Shown here: piece by piece, positions 53,093 to 64,000 of the stretch
Position numbering within the stretch: the first letter of the stretch is position 1
How the letters are laid out: every line of letters begins with the position of its first letter
Assembly (NCBI RefSeq): GCF_006345805.1
Contig: NC_043012.1
Span: forward strand, 434,001-498,000
Direction: 5' to 3'
DNA: 64,000 nt
Origin: Octopus sinensis
Lineage: Eukaryota
Translations under genes and position numbers: made by a program
Notes under the pieces: model-generated
What the model was told of the DNA's origin: nothing
The model's input: the letters and a program-made list of their open reading frames with translations, nothing else
Databases searched by the model: none

Positions 53093-54281
53093 TCTATAAT
53101 AAATCACTTGAGCTAGAATGGATGAATAAACTTGTTCCGCTTTTGTATGATGCATAAATCGGTCAATTTTCTTCTTTTCTAGAATTTAGAAGCATGATGG
53201 AAATGATGCACCACTTTTTCTTCAACAACTCTGCCAAGCTGTTTTCTTTTCGACCAGTCGATTTATGGTCAAAATAAAAAATATTTCTTTGTTTTGCCTG
53301 CATTGTTCATTTGAGAAATGTGGGATGTATCTATGTTGCCTCTTGGTTTTTGTGGTTGCTTACCTTCTTATTTTTAATGTTCGAGTTCATATTACTGTTT
53401 TCTGTCAAAAAAGTAATTTTTTCTATGAGAAGTGTTTACGTTCTGCTTTGTGATTAAATTTGTTTTCATTTTTTTTTCTGTTCACTCTCTGTAAAATTGT
53501 GTTTGTCTTCGTTCGAGTACTTGAGGGCGTATCTGTTTACATAAGTGTATCCCCACTGTGACTAACGCCTGTTCCCGCTCCTTCATAAGGAGAAGCCCTC
53601 TTGAATTTCTAATAGCAATTTTATTTATTTATTTATTTATTGAAAAGTTTAAAATATAAAGCCGTTCAAAGACAAACTTGTTTTCGACCGAAAAAGTGAA
53701 GGATGCCGCCATTTAAACGTTTCGAACGATCATTAAGCAAAATTATGCAAGATGTCCCATTATACATGGTTTAAATGCGGGACACACATTAAGACATATT
53801 ACTACAAATAACAACATTGATAACAGCAACTGCAAGAAGAAGAACGGTTTCTAAATTTAGGCGCAACACTAGTAATACTGAATGGAGGATTTAAATCATA
53901 CAACGTGAGCAGTAATACACAATTTTGTTGGATCCTGTAGCGATGAAAGTTAAAGATGTCGTGGGCAGGATTAGAGCTGAGAATATAAAATTTGGAGTAT
54001 ATACCGCAAGATATTTGAGCTGAAATAAATGAATAAACCTATTCCACTTTTGGGTGATGCATAAATCGGTAAATTTTCTTCCTTTCTAGAATTTACAAAC
54101 ATTTTGGAAATGATGCACAATTCTGGGTTTCTAATCTTGGATACAAATCTATCGGGTTTTAAAAGGAGAAGATTCCCCTATAAAATGTATTTCAGTAATT
54201 GACTGGAGTTATATCGAGAGGAGAAGTCAATCCAACCAAAGAGCCGGAAGAAATATTGCAAAGTACTTTTAACGACACTCA

Positions 54282-54327
<46 letters not shown>

Positions 54328-54381
54328 TTGATGAGGATGATGATGATGATGATAATAATAATAATAATAATAACAATGATG

Positions 54382-54450
<69 letters not shown>

Positions 54451-54476
54451 TAATAACAACAACAATAAAAATAAGG

Positions 54477-54540
<64 letters not shown>

Positions 54541-54549
54541 AATAATAAT

Positions 54550-54788
54550 CCGTTGTGGTCGATGAAAAACATTAGTAGTAGTACTAATAATTGTGGGAGC
54601 CCTGGGAAAAGTGAGTAAAAATCTTGAGAAGTACACGGAACAAATAGGGGCTTCAATAAGGGTGGATCACTTGCAGAAAACAGCACTGCTTGGAACCGCT
54701 CGAAAAATAAGAGGGGTTACTTTAGTTCACAGTAGTGAACAGATGTCACCGAAGTACATCTCCAACGTTAGAAGCTGTGCAAAGGCAA
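54550..54788 (+). mobile_element. Dong/R4-like 3' end (different subfamily)
   Basis: LIIVGALGKVSKNLEKY…LQKTALLGTARKIR. AAT arrays on both sides. Confidence 0.85.
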
Positions 54789-54831
54789 TAATAATAACAA
54801 TAACAACAACAAAAACAATAATAATGATAAC

Positions 54832-55052
54832 CCTTTTTACTGGAAGCACAAGGCTTCAAATTTGAGGGAAGGAACTAAGATGATTACATCAACTCCAGTG
54901 CGTAACAGTAACTTCATTTATCGACCCCGAAAGGATAAAAGGCAAAGTCGACCTCGGCGGAATTTGAACTCAGAACGTAACGGCAGACGAAATACTGCTA
55001 AGCATTTCGCCCGCTGTGCTAACGTTTCTGCCAGCTCGCCGCCGCCGCCCTC
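54832..55052 (-). mobile_element. SINE family C embedded in (AAT)n
   Basis: Full C on the minus strand between AAT arrays. Confidence 0.9.
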
Positions 55053-55109
<57 letters not shown>

Positions 55110-55110
55110 C

Positions 55111-55177
<67 letters not shown>

Positions 55178-55260
55178 GCAACATCTCTTATCCATAACTC
55201 GCCCTAGGACGCTGGGTGTGTCTCAGCAAGTGATTGTAACAAACATGCAAATTAAATGTA

Positions 55261-55318
<58 letters not shown>

Positions 55319-55648
55319 GTAATGATGATGATGATGAATTAATAGCCACAAGGGCGAAAGATGAGGTGTACAATACAATATAGACATAAAGTGTTGGGGT
55401 TGACATATACTGAATGAAATGATATAAAAAAATGAAAGAAACTAAGTATACAGAGTATACGCTGAAAAAGAATGAACGTATGCAGAACATATGTCCTGAT
55501 ACAAAAAGGCCTCTAGGGATTATCGAGGAACCCCACCGTCCGAGATTTCCGTCTCCAATTCCTTCTCACCGACTTATAAGTTTTCACTTAGAGACGTACC
55601 ATGTACTCTTTAGAGTACAATAACAATAATGGCAATAACAACAAGAAC

Positions 55649-55714
<66 letters not shown>

Positions 55715-55979
55715 CTGAAAACAGAAACAATTCCTATCATAGTAGGTGCATTAGGCATGATAAAAAAATATTCAGACAAATACATAACAAAAACACCAGG
55801 ACTTACAAACACATATAACATACAGAAAATTGCACTACTAGGCACTGCACACATCCTACGCAGAACACTTTCCATACAATAACCATCAGAGCATCACAAC
55901 AAATCACAACACATACCCAAGGCACACAGAGCTGTGCTCGGTAGTGAAGTGAAAGCACGCTATAAAAATAAAACTACTG
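55715..55979 (+). mobile_element. Dong/R4-clade LINE, 5'-truncated, young
   Basis: LKTETIPIIVGALGMIKK…QKIALLGTAHILRRTLS. Nearly identical to 42870-43135 and lies in (AAT)n. Confidence 0.95.
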
Positions 55980-55999
55980 AATGATAATAATAATAATAA

Positions 56000-56365
56000 T
56001 AAATTACAAAGACTATGGAAAGTGCGGGTAAAGGAAAGACATGAGAACCTCGGGAGAGTAATCCACTGGAAGTTATGTAGACTGCTAGGATTTGAACATA
56101 CTAATAAATGGTATGAACATGGACCTAGTAAAGTACTAGAAAGTAAGACATAGAAGATGTGCTATTTTAACATTCAGACTGAGAGCGTAATTGGAGCTAG
56201 AAGTCCTGATTTAGTAGAAGTAGATAAAGAAAATAGAAAGTGCCAGATAATTGACTTTACAGCCCTAAATGAAGTGAAAACGAATATGAGAGATATATAG
56301 AGAAATTAGAACAGTACCAGGACCTAGCCATTGAATTAGAGAGACTACGGAAAGATTTGAACTGA
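56000..56365 (+). mobile_element. Dong/R4-like RLE fragment
   Basis: IHWKLC…KWYEHGP…PDLVEVDKENRKCQIIDF…YQDLAIELERL. Confidence 0.85.
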
Positions 56366-56395
56366 TGATAAGAGGAATTAGACATAAAATCCAGT

Positions 56396-57290
56396 CTAGC
56401 ACAACTCCAGAAAACATTTTCTGCCTATGCCGAGACTACGCAGTTTGTGACAGATCATACCATGGTCGACTTTATCAAAGGCTTTTGCAAAGTCGAGATA
56501 TATCACATTCACACTTGAGCCATTTTGTAGCTGTTTTAACACCCAGTCATAGTGTTGCAGGAGCTGTGTTAGACAGCTTCTACCTGGTCGAAATCCAGGT
56601 TGGGTGTCAGTCAGCAAGTCATTTTCTTCAAGGAACATGATTAGTTTATTGCGGACTATTCGTTCCATGACTTTTGCTGATGTGTGAGGTCAGAGAGATA
56701 GGCCTATAATTTTTAGCATTGCGTCTGAGGGGGGATTTTGGTCCATACATAGAGAGCTCTATTATGTTGTAATCCGAGACCAATGTCGGCATCACTTTAA
56801 CATTATGGATAATATCCATATTGTTTGTGAAGCAGAGATCCAGTATATTATTTGCCCTGGTTGGTTGCAGCACAATTTGCTCAATGAAAGAGGCATTTGT
56901 GAGGTGGAGCAGGGACTCTGCCTGTGCTTGCTGATGGTGTGTCATCCCTGGTATCATCTTACCCCCAGGCCATTCCACATTGGGGAAGTTAAAGTCACCC
57001 ATGAATAATACACTGTTGTGTTGTTCCAGGTTGATGAGAACTTCTATTTTTGTTAGGCAGTCTTCAAACATGCCTGTGTGATTTGGGGCATCCGGTGAGC
57101 AATATATAGTACATATGACGATATGCAGTTGTCTTATGTGTACAATTTGTGTGTCACACACTGAGTTCGAATATGACAACAGGACCTGGGGCGGGAGGTC
57201 ATCTCGGATGTACACTGCAACTGTACCATAACTCCTCTCTTTTCTATCTGAGCGTATGACAACATATTGCGGCATGTTTATTTCTGCATC
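56396..57290 (-). mobile_element. CR1-group LINE ORF2, internally deleted (APE endonuclease joined to RT)
   Basis: MGDFNFP, NILDLCFTN, SDYN, then KNYRPISLTSHISK, GFRPGRSCLTQLL, IYLDFAKAFDKVDH. Confidence 0.93.
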
Positions 57291-57814
57291 CCCTAAGATG
57301 CGTTTATATGAGTGCCATGCATAGAGCTTGATTGCTTACCGTAAGGTCTCTCAGGATATACAAGATCGTGAAGAAAAGTCACCAGCAGGCACTGCACATG
57401 TATAATGCAGCTAAATTTCAATACAATTTGAAAAATACCAGGTTTATGTAAGGCCCTCAACAGATTAGTGTGTCCATATTTGGGACGATATGCTGCCATG
57501 ACCACAAACATCCAGTATCGCACTCAAAAAAGATACTCGTTTGACTGACATTCAATCAACAGTAGACACATATCAACATGTAGTTCATAGACATGCTATC
57601 TTCTCTAGCTGCCATTACTATTGTACTATAAAGGTTCCTTATTCTCGGAGCAGGCTTGTCTTGTACCTCCATATCCCAGCTTCACCCAGCCTATTTGCCT
57701 CTCCACACCTTGTCACCAGGCTCTGATTGTGTCCAATCCTCTCTTCTTCAAACATCTCCCTATTTAAGTCTATTGTAGGTCATAACTTGCTACGGTATAA
57801 ACGGAACTTTAACA

Positions 57815-57980
57815 GGGTGCAGGAGTGGCTGTGTGGTAAGTAGCTTGCTAACCAACCACATGGTTCCGGGTTCAGTCGCACTGCGTGGCATCTTGGGCAA
57901 GTGTCTTCTGCTATAGCCCCGGGCCGACCACTGCTTTGTGAGTGGATTTGGTAGACGGAAACTGAAAGTAGCCTGTCGTA

Positions 57981-58027
<47 letters not shown>

Positions 58028-58250
58028 TTGTGTGTCTGTGTTTGTTCCCCTAGCATTGCTTGACAACCGATGCTGGTGTGTTTACGTCCCCGTCACTTAG
58101 CGGTTCGGCAAAAAGAGACTGATAGAATAAGTACTGGGCTTACAAAAAGAATACGTCCCGGGGTCTAGTTGCTCGACTAAAGGCGGTGCTCCAGCATGGT
58201 CGCAGTCAAATGACTGAAACAAGTAAAAGAGTAAAAGAGAGAGTAAAAAG
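57815..58250 (+). mobile_element. SINE family A, full length
   Basis: gggtgcaggagtggctgtgtggtaag head through to the gtaaaagag tail. Confidence 0.95.
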
Positions 58251-58896
58251 TATCAGCTCAAGAGTTTCTGGTTTTGTATTGCAAAGGCCATAATCATTGC
58301 CATTTCCTACTGACCCAGGAAGTAAAAAAAAACAGTGAATTCTAATGATAAAATAAATATACTGCAGGTATCCGGGGCACACAAAGCTGCGCTCTGTGAT
58401 TCAGTTAAAAACACGCAATTAAATAAACCAAGGCAAAGCAATAATTATATCATAAACACGTTATGTTGTTTGTAACTCAGGCGACTCAACTTACAGGTTA
58501 CTGCATATGCTTGCATTTGAAGAGCATTGACTGCTTTACTTTCTTTGAAGGACATACCACAACGACCCCTACCGATAAGAAAATACGGACAGCCGTATTA
58601 CTGAACATAGATGTTGATACGCATTAATATATTTTCTAGTGTCATTCTATCCTATTTGATTAAATCTAATGCGTAATTAAGCATTCTGCTCAGCTTTTAA
58701 TTGATAAACTATCATTCAAATAGGACATTTTTAAAAAATAAAATTTAAAAAAAAAACGTATTCTTTTTTCACCAAACAATATTAATCCTGAAATATATGA
58801 CCTAATTACTTTAAATTATGCAGTCATGTTATGAGAAAAAATACGTTTGCTACATGATATTTATCATTTCAATTAAATTTTATATAATTTGATATA

Positions 58897-59114
58897 CTCT
58901 TTTACTCTTTTACTTGTTTCAGTCATTTGACTGCAGCCATGCTGGAGCACCGCCTTTAGTCGAGCAAATCGACCCCGGGACTTATTCTTTGTAAGCCCAG
59001 TACTTATTCTATCGGTCTCTTTTGCCGAACCGCTAAGGGACGGGGACGTAAACACACCAGCATCGGTTGTCAAGCAATGCTAGGGGGACAAACACAGACA
59101 CACAAACATATACA

Positions 59115-59188
<74 letters not shown>

Positions 59189-59361
59189 CATATATACGGC
59201 AAGCTTCTTTCAGTTCCCGTCTCCCAAATCCACTCACAAAGCTTTGGTCGGCTGGGGGGTTATAAGCAGAAGACACCTGCCCAAGATGCCACGCAGTGGG
59301 ACTGAACCCGGAACCATGTGGTTGGTAAGCAAGCTACTTACCACACAGCCACTCCTACGCC
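58897..59361 (-). mobile_element. SINE family A, full length
   Basis: Similarity to the other A copies, with a long internal (CA)n(TA)n. Confidence 0.95.
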
Positions 59362-59718
59362 TATAGATATATCATTTTATATAATTTTACATTTTTTCTA
59401 TATATTTTGTTATATTGTTATTGTTGCAGCTATCGTTGCTGTTCTTTTCTTTTTTTTGTAGTTCATGTTGTTCTTATCCTTTTTTTTTTCTTAATCGGAT
59501 CTGATTAGACAAAACAACAAAGACTTTGAAGGAAACCATGACCATTCCAACTTAATTCAACATCAATGTATCTAGGACTAAAAATTAAATATGTTCTCCT
59601 TTCTATTTTACTGAAGGGGAGTTTAATTTATAGGAAAATTGGCTACTGTTTCTAGCAGGCCGAGCGATCAAAAGGGACTCTTGAAGGTTAATCACGACAT
59701 GTTTATTTAGTACAGAGT

Positions 59719-60100
59719 GGGTGTGCAATGGCCCAGTGGTTAGGGCAGTGGACTCGCGGTCATAGGATCGCGGTTTCGATTCCCAGACCTGGCGTTGTGA
59801 GTGTTTATTGAGCGAAAACACCTAAAAGCTCCACGAGGCTCCGGCAGGGGATGGTGGTGATCCTGCTGTACTCTTTCACCACAACTTTCTCTCACTCTTA
59901 CTTCCTGTTTCTGTTGTACCTGTATTTCAAGGGGCCGGCCTTGTCACTCTCTGTGTCACGCTGAATATCCCTGAGAACTACGTTAAGGGTACACGTGTCT
60001 GTGGAGTGCTCAGCCACTTGCACGTTAATTCCACGAGCAGGCTGTTCCGTTGATCGGATCAACCGGAAACCTCGTCGTCGGAACCGACGGAGTGCTTCCA
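59719..60100 (+). mobile_element. SINE family B, full length
   Basis: Head gcaatggcccagtggttaggg and tail ctcgtcgtcggaaccgacggagtgcttcca. Confidence 0.95.
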
Positions 60101-60624
60101 ACAATTTAGTATAGGCGTCTCTGTACGAGTGGTTCACTCTATCAAAGCATCATGTTGTTCTTATTGTTGCTATTGCTGTTGAAGTTAGACACGAGTCCAC
60201 AGTGATGAAGTGATTTTCGCTGAAACGGGTTCCCAAATCTTACGTCCTATCTTTCATGAAGAACTTAGCTGTTGTATTGTTCTTCTGTTTTCAAATGGTA
60301 GGGTAGGTTTCTACACAACGTGGCTGTTATTTCCAAACTGATGAGCAATCGCGTGAACGATCATCTTCACTGGTTTGTTCGGTTTTAGTATAAATCAATA
60401 GATTAAGATTTAAGGATGTTAAGGATGAAAGCGGAAGTTGATTTTAGTAGGATTTGAGCTTAGAATGTAAATGGGTATTTTTTAGAGTTCAAGAATATTC
60501 ATTTTATTCTTTTATTCTTTTAATTGTTTCAGTCATTGGACTGTGTCTATCCTGGAGCACTGGTATGAACGGTTTAGTCGAACAAATCCACCTCAGTACT
60601 TATTCTATTTTAAGTTTGGTACCA

Positions 60625-60760
60625 TTCAGAATGGTCACGGACAAAGTACCAAAGATACCAAAGATGGCATTAAGATGGATACCAGAAGGAAAACAAAAGC
60701 CTTTTAGACAACTGAAGAACATATGTAGAGCAGCTGAATGTGAGTTGAAGAAAATGTAAC
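60625..60760 (+). mobile_element. RTE-like LINE C-terminal fragment
   Basis: RM…IPKMALRWIPEGKQK. Confidence 0.55.
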
Positions 60761-60918
60761 CTAGTTGCTAAATCAAGATTTGAATCCTGTCAGCAAGTGG
60801 ATACTCCAGACGGGAAGAGTAAAATAATGCTGGAAGTAAAGGATTAAATATAACATCTGGAAATAAGACTTGTAATGACAATTGGACACCAACATTTCAA
60901 AACAAGAATATATTAGTT

Positions 60919-61252
60919 GCAGCGTGGAAGGTGTTTATAAGCCATTTAAGAAACACACAAAACCGTTAGATTCACTTCAACATTTCAATTTAATTTGTCA
61001 AAATATTTTCGTCGCTTTCAGACCGCAACCTGTTTACTGAGAAAGCTTCGTGCTGCACCAAGCTTTGTCAGTGAACAAGTCGTGGTCTGAAAGCGACGAA
61101 AATATTTTGACAAATTAAATTTAAATGTTGAAGTGAATCTAACGGTTTTGTGAGTTTCTTAAATGGCTTATAAACACCTTCCACGCTGCAATTGTTTTCG
61201 TTCCAGCACACGATCTCAGATCAAGTCACTCGCTATGCAAGTACATCTCCGT
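60919..61252. mobile_element. Foldback insertion, probably an inverted Penelope-like terminal repeat
   Basis: ~132-bp inverted arms at 60917-61048 and 61060-61191, ~60-bp asymmetric extension, 12-bp TSD aatatattagtt at 60907-60918 and 61253-61264. Confidence 0.75.
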
Positions 61253-63344
61253 AATATATTAGTTATATTTTCTAATTTAGGTACGCAAACAAAAGTTTTG
61301 AGATGAGGGTGGAGCTAGTCGATGTCAACGGTTCCTGTGCTTGACTCAGCTTATTTTATTGAGGCCGGAGAGATGAAAGATAATGTTGAGTTGGATGGGA
61401 TTTAAACTCAACGGGTCAAGTGCTGGAAGGAATACTGCAAGCAAGCATTTTGTCCTTTGGTTTCCTCGATAACTAAATGTTTTCTAATTTAGTTGCAAGG
61501 CCAAGTATTATGAAACGTTGTGTAGTCGATATTAACCTTACAAATTCTTGACTGAAACTTTATATTATTGACCCTGAAATAATGGAAAACAACGTGGACA
61601 TCGGCAGGACGCAACACAAACTTAGTGTTAATGGACATAATTTGAAGAAAAATAAATTTCATAAATTGTTTTGGTTCAGACGACGGCTTTATTTCCTTTC
61701 CGCTGATATACATTGATAACAATATACGAATGTGTTTTCTGCTCGCTATCTTGATTGACATTGAGTCTGTTTTGAATTTAGTCTTCTTCATATACCATTG
61801 GAATACCCTCGATTTCTGTTTCCGGGCATCATGCTCTCCGGACAGATCTTAGAAACACCACAAACTAAAAACTTGGTGCGACCAAAATCATTTTAGGGGC
61901 TGATTTTAAGATTTGGTCCCTCTATCTACCTTGAGTTTCTTTTTCAAGGCAAATATTAAAATCATCACAAACGGAAGGCATGATGTGTCCTAAAATCTTT
62001 CGGGCTCGATTAGGATTTCGTTTTTTCACCTAACATTTGGACAATCTAAATTTATTATTCCAGGAATCGTGCTTTCCAAATAAAAGTTTAAAAAGCCGCA
62101 AATCAAACGCCCTATGTACTGAAAAGTTTTTAAGAAGGTGAAATTGTCTGTAGATGTGTCATTTCTTATAGTTTTAGTGTTATAACTGTCAGTTAAGTAT
62201 TAATAAAGTTGCATGACATGATCATGAAATATTGTCAATTTCGATGTTTTTTCAGGCCAAGTTTCAGTATATAATCTACAGGTAAACACAAAGACAGTTT
62301 AAATATTACATATCTTAACTCTGAATTTTATAGCTATTCGATTTGATTTTTAAATGTGTTGTATTTTAGAAAAAGCTGTCCTTATCAAAAGAATTTTGTT
62401 GATTTTGAACGTTATTAATGGTACCCGACAAACAAATACCGGATTTATAGTTGTACCATAAATTGTTATACATGATTTATAGCTGCGCCATAAACTGTCA
62501 TACTTAGGTTTGTCTGTATCTTAACAGTAGTCATGCACTCAGACTTGACAAGATTAATTCCGACGCTCACTACTATGCATTTGCAGGTTAGTCTTTAATG
62601 AGAATTCGAAGGATAGCAATGGCGTTTTTAACAATAATAAGTCATCTTAGAGCTTAAGCAACATCCATATACAGACTCCGATACTGTTCTCTTCTTCAGT
62701 TCTTTGAAAAGTGCTAGGAGAATAGAACCTGTTGAACAGATAAAAGCAGCTTACAGTCTAAAACAATCCGTCACAAGACACGAAAGACACTAAACTTGGT
62801 AATGTTTTTGCAGAAATTTTTCAATCTGATGGAGACTCAACCGCAAACATTTTACTGTAAATCCTTAAAAGCATCCTGGTAAATGCTACTTTCAAGTTTT
62901 TTTTCACAATGGTTGCAATTTCGCAGAAAGGGATAAGTCAGTCGTGTCGATCCCGAAAGGATGAAAGTCAAAGTCTACCTCGGCGGAATTTGAACCCAAA
63001 ACATAAAGACCGACAAAATGCCGCTAATTATATCAACTATTCTTTTCTACTCTAGGCACAAGGCCCGGAAAGTTTTGCGAAATAAAAGAATCATTTAAAT
63101 TCAACACTGCATCTCTGGCCTCCGATCGTCACTAAGGACCGGAGATGAATGTCTTACTTTTCTTCTCTACGGGAAGAGCGGTAGTTTGTGACTGAACAAT
63201 CCGATGGCTGAATGACAGCTTCTGTCACGTAATTCACATTTCTAGGCTGTTCTCGTAGTATTTGAGTTATAGAGTTCTTTTCTGTGGATTGTCCATTGAT
63301 ATCTCTGCAGTTTAGTGCGTATGATACAATCCAAGAATGAGCAG

Positions 63345-63690
63345 TATAATGGAGTACAAGTTGTTAACCACACAATGGCTTACTGCCTAGAGTATTTGAC
63401 TCATGATCGTATCGTTGTGAGCTCGATTACTGGCCACGCGTTTTGTCCTTCAGCAAGATACCTTATTTCGCGTTACTCTAGTCCACTCACCCGCTAAAAA
63501 ATATTTGTGCCTGTAATTCAAAAGGCCAGACTTAGCACAGTCCGTGGAACTCTGACTCTCCCAGAGAATCTACGTTAAGGGTATGCGTGTCTGAGTAGTG
63601 CTCAATCACTTGTATAGTTATTTCACAAAGAGGATATTCCTTTGATCGGCTCAACTGGACCATGCGTCGTAGAACTCGACGGAGAGCCAG
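63345..63690 (+). mobile_element. Old SINE related to family B
   Basis: ctacgttaagggtatgcgtgtctg…gatcggctcaactgg…cgacggagagcc. Confidence 0.65.
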
Positions 63691-63819
63691 ACTCGCTCTG
63701 TAGGTCGCCGGTGGATTCAAAGGAAGTGCACGGTTGTTAAAATTTGGAGTCTGCGTCAATACAGGAGTTGGGCACAACAAGTACGTAGAAAACGTCGAAC
63801 TGCCTCAGGGGCTCCGATT

Positions 63820-63983
63820 TATCTAAAAACCTTTTTTTCTTTTACAGGGCTTAGAAAAACTGAAGGACGGCTGCAATAAGTGTGTGAATCTGAGAGAGGA
63901 ATATGTTGAATAAAATCATAATTAGCTGATTTTCCAGTATTTTCTTTTGGCCAAAGCCAGGAACTTCTCTGCACCCCCTCGTA
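63820..63983 (+). mobile_element. mariner 3' end and right TIR
   Basis: GLEKLKDGCNKCVNLREEYVE* followed by caggaacttctctgcaccccctcg-TA. Confidence 0.85.
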
Positions 63984-64000
63984 CACTCGAAACCATACAG

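Noticed and set aside
61489-61791. 100-aa minus-strand ORF
   Set aside because: No recognisable motif, and such ORFs are expected by chance.

Overview
AT-rich, very repeat-dense animal genomic DNA. The SINE repertoire and the (TA)n/(CA)n/(AAT)n/(TATG)n microsatellite load point to a coleoid cephalopod, probably Octopus (inference). I cannot support any intact protein-coding gene, RNA gene or CRISPR array. Nearly all supplied ORFs come from microsatellites, SINEs or decayed transposons. Contents: three SINE families (labelled here A, B and C; C is MetaSINE-like); fragments of CR1, RTE, Tx1/L1, Dong/R4 and R2-like LINEs; Tc1/mariner remnants (DD36E, DD37D maT, mariner); two non-autonomous Helitrons; MITE-like elements; a Penelope-like foldback; and a 26-bp minisatellite. 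The most notable pattern is that restriction-like-endonuclease (RLE) retroelements sort by microsatellite type. Dong-like copies and an unclassified ~555-bp non-coding element (family E) sit in (AAT)n with fixed polarity. A second RLE family sits in (CATA)n, and an R2-like fragment sits in (AC)n rather than in rDNA. Coordinates of degenerate elements are approximate.
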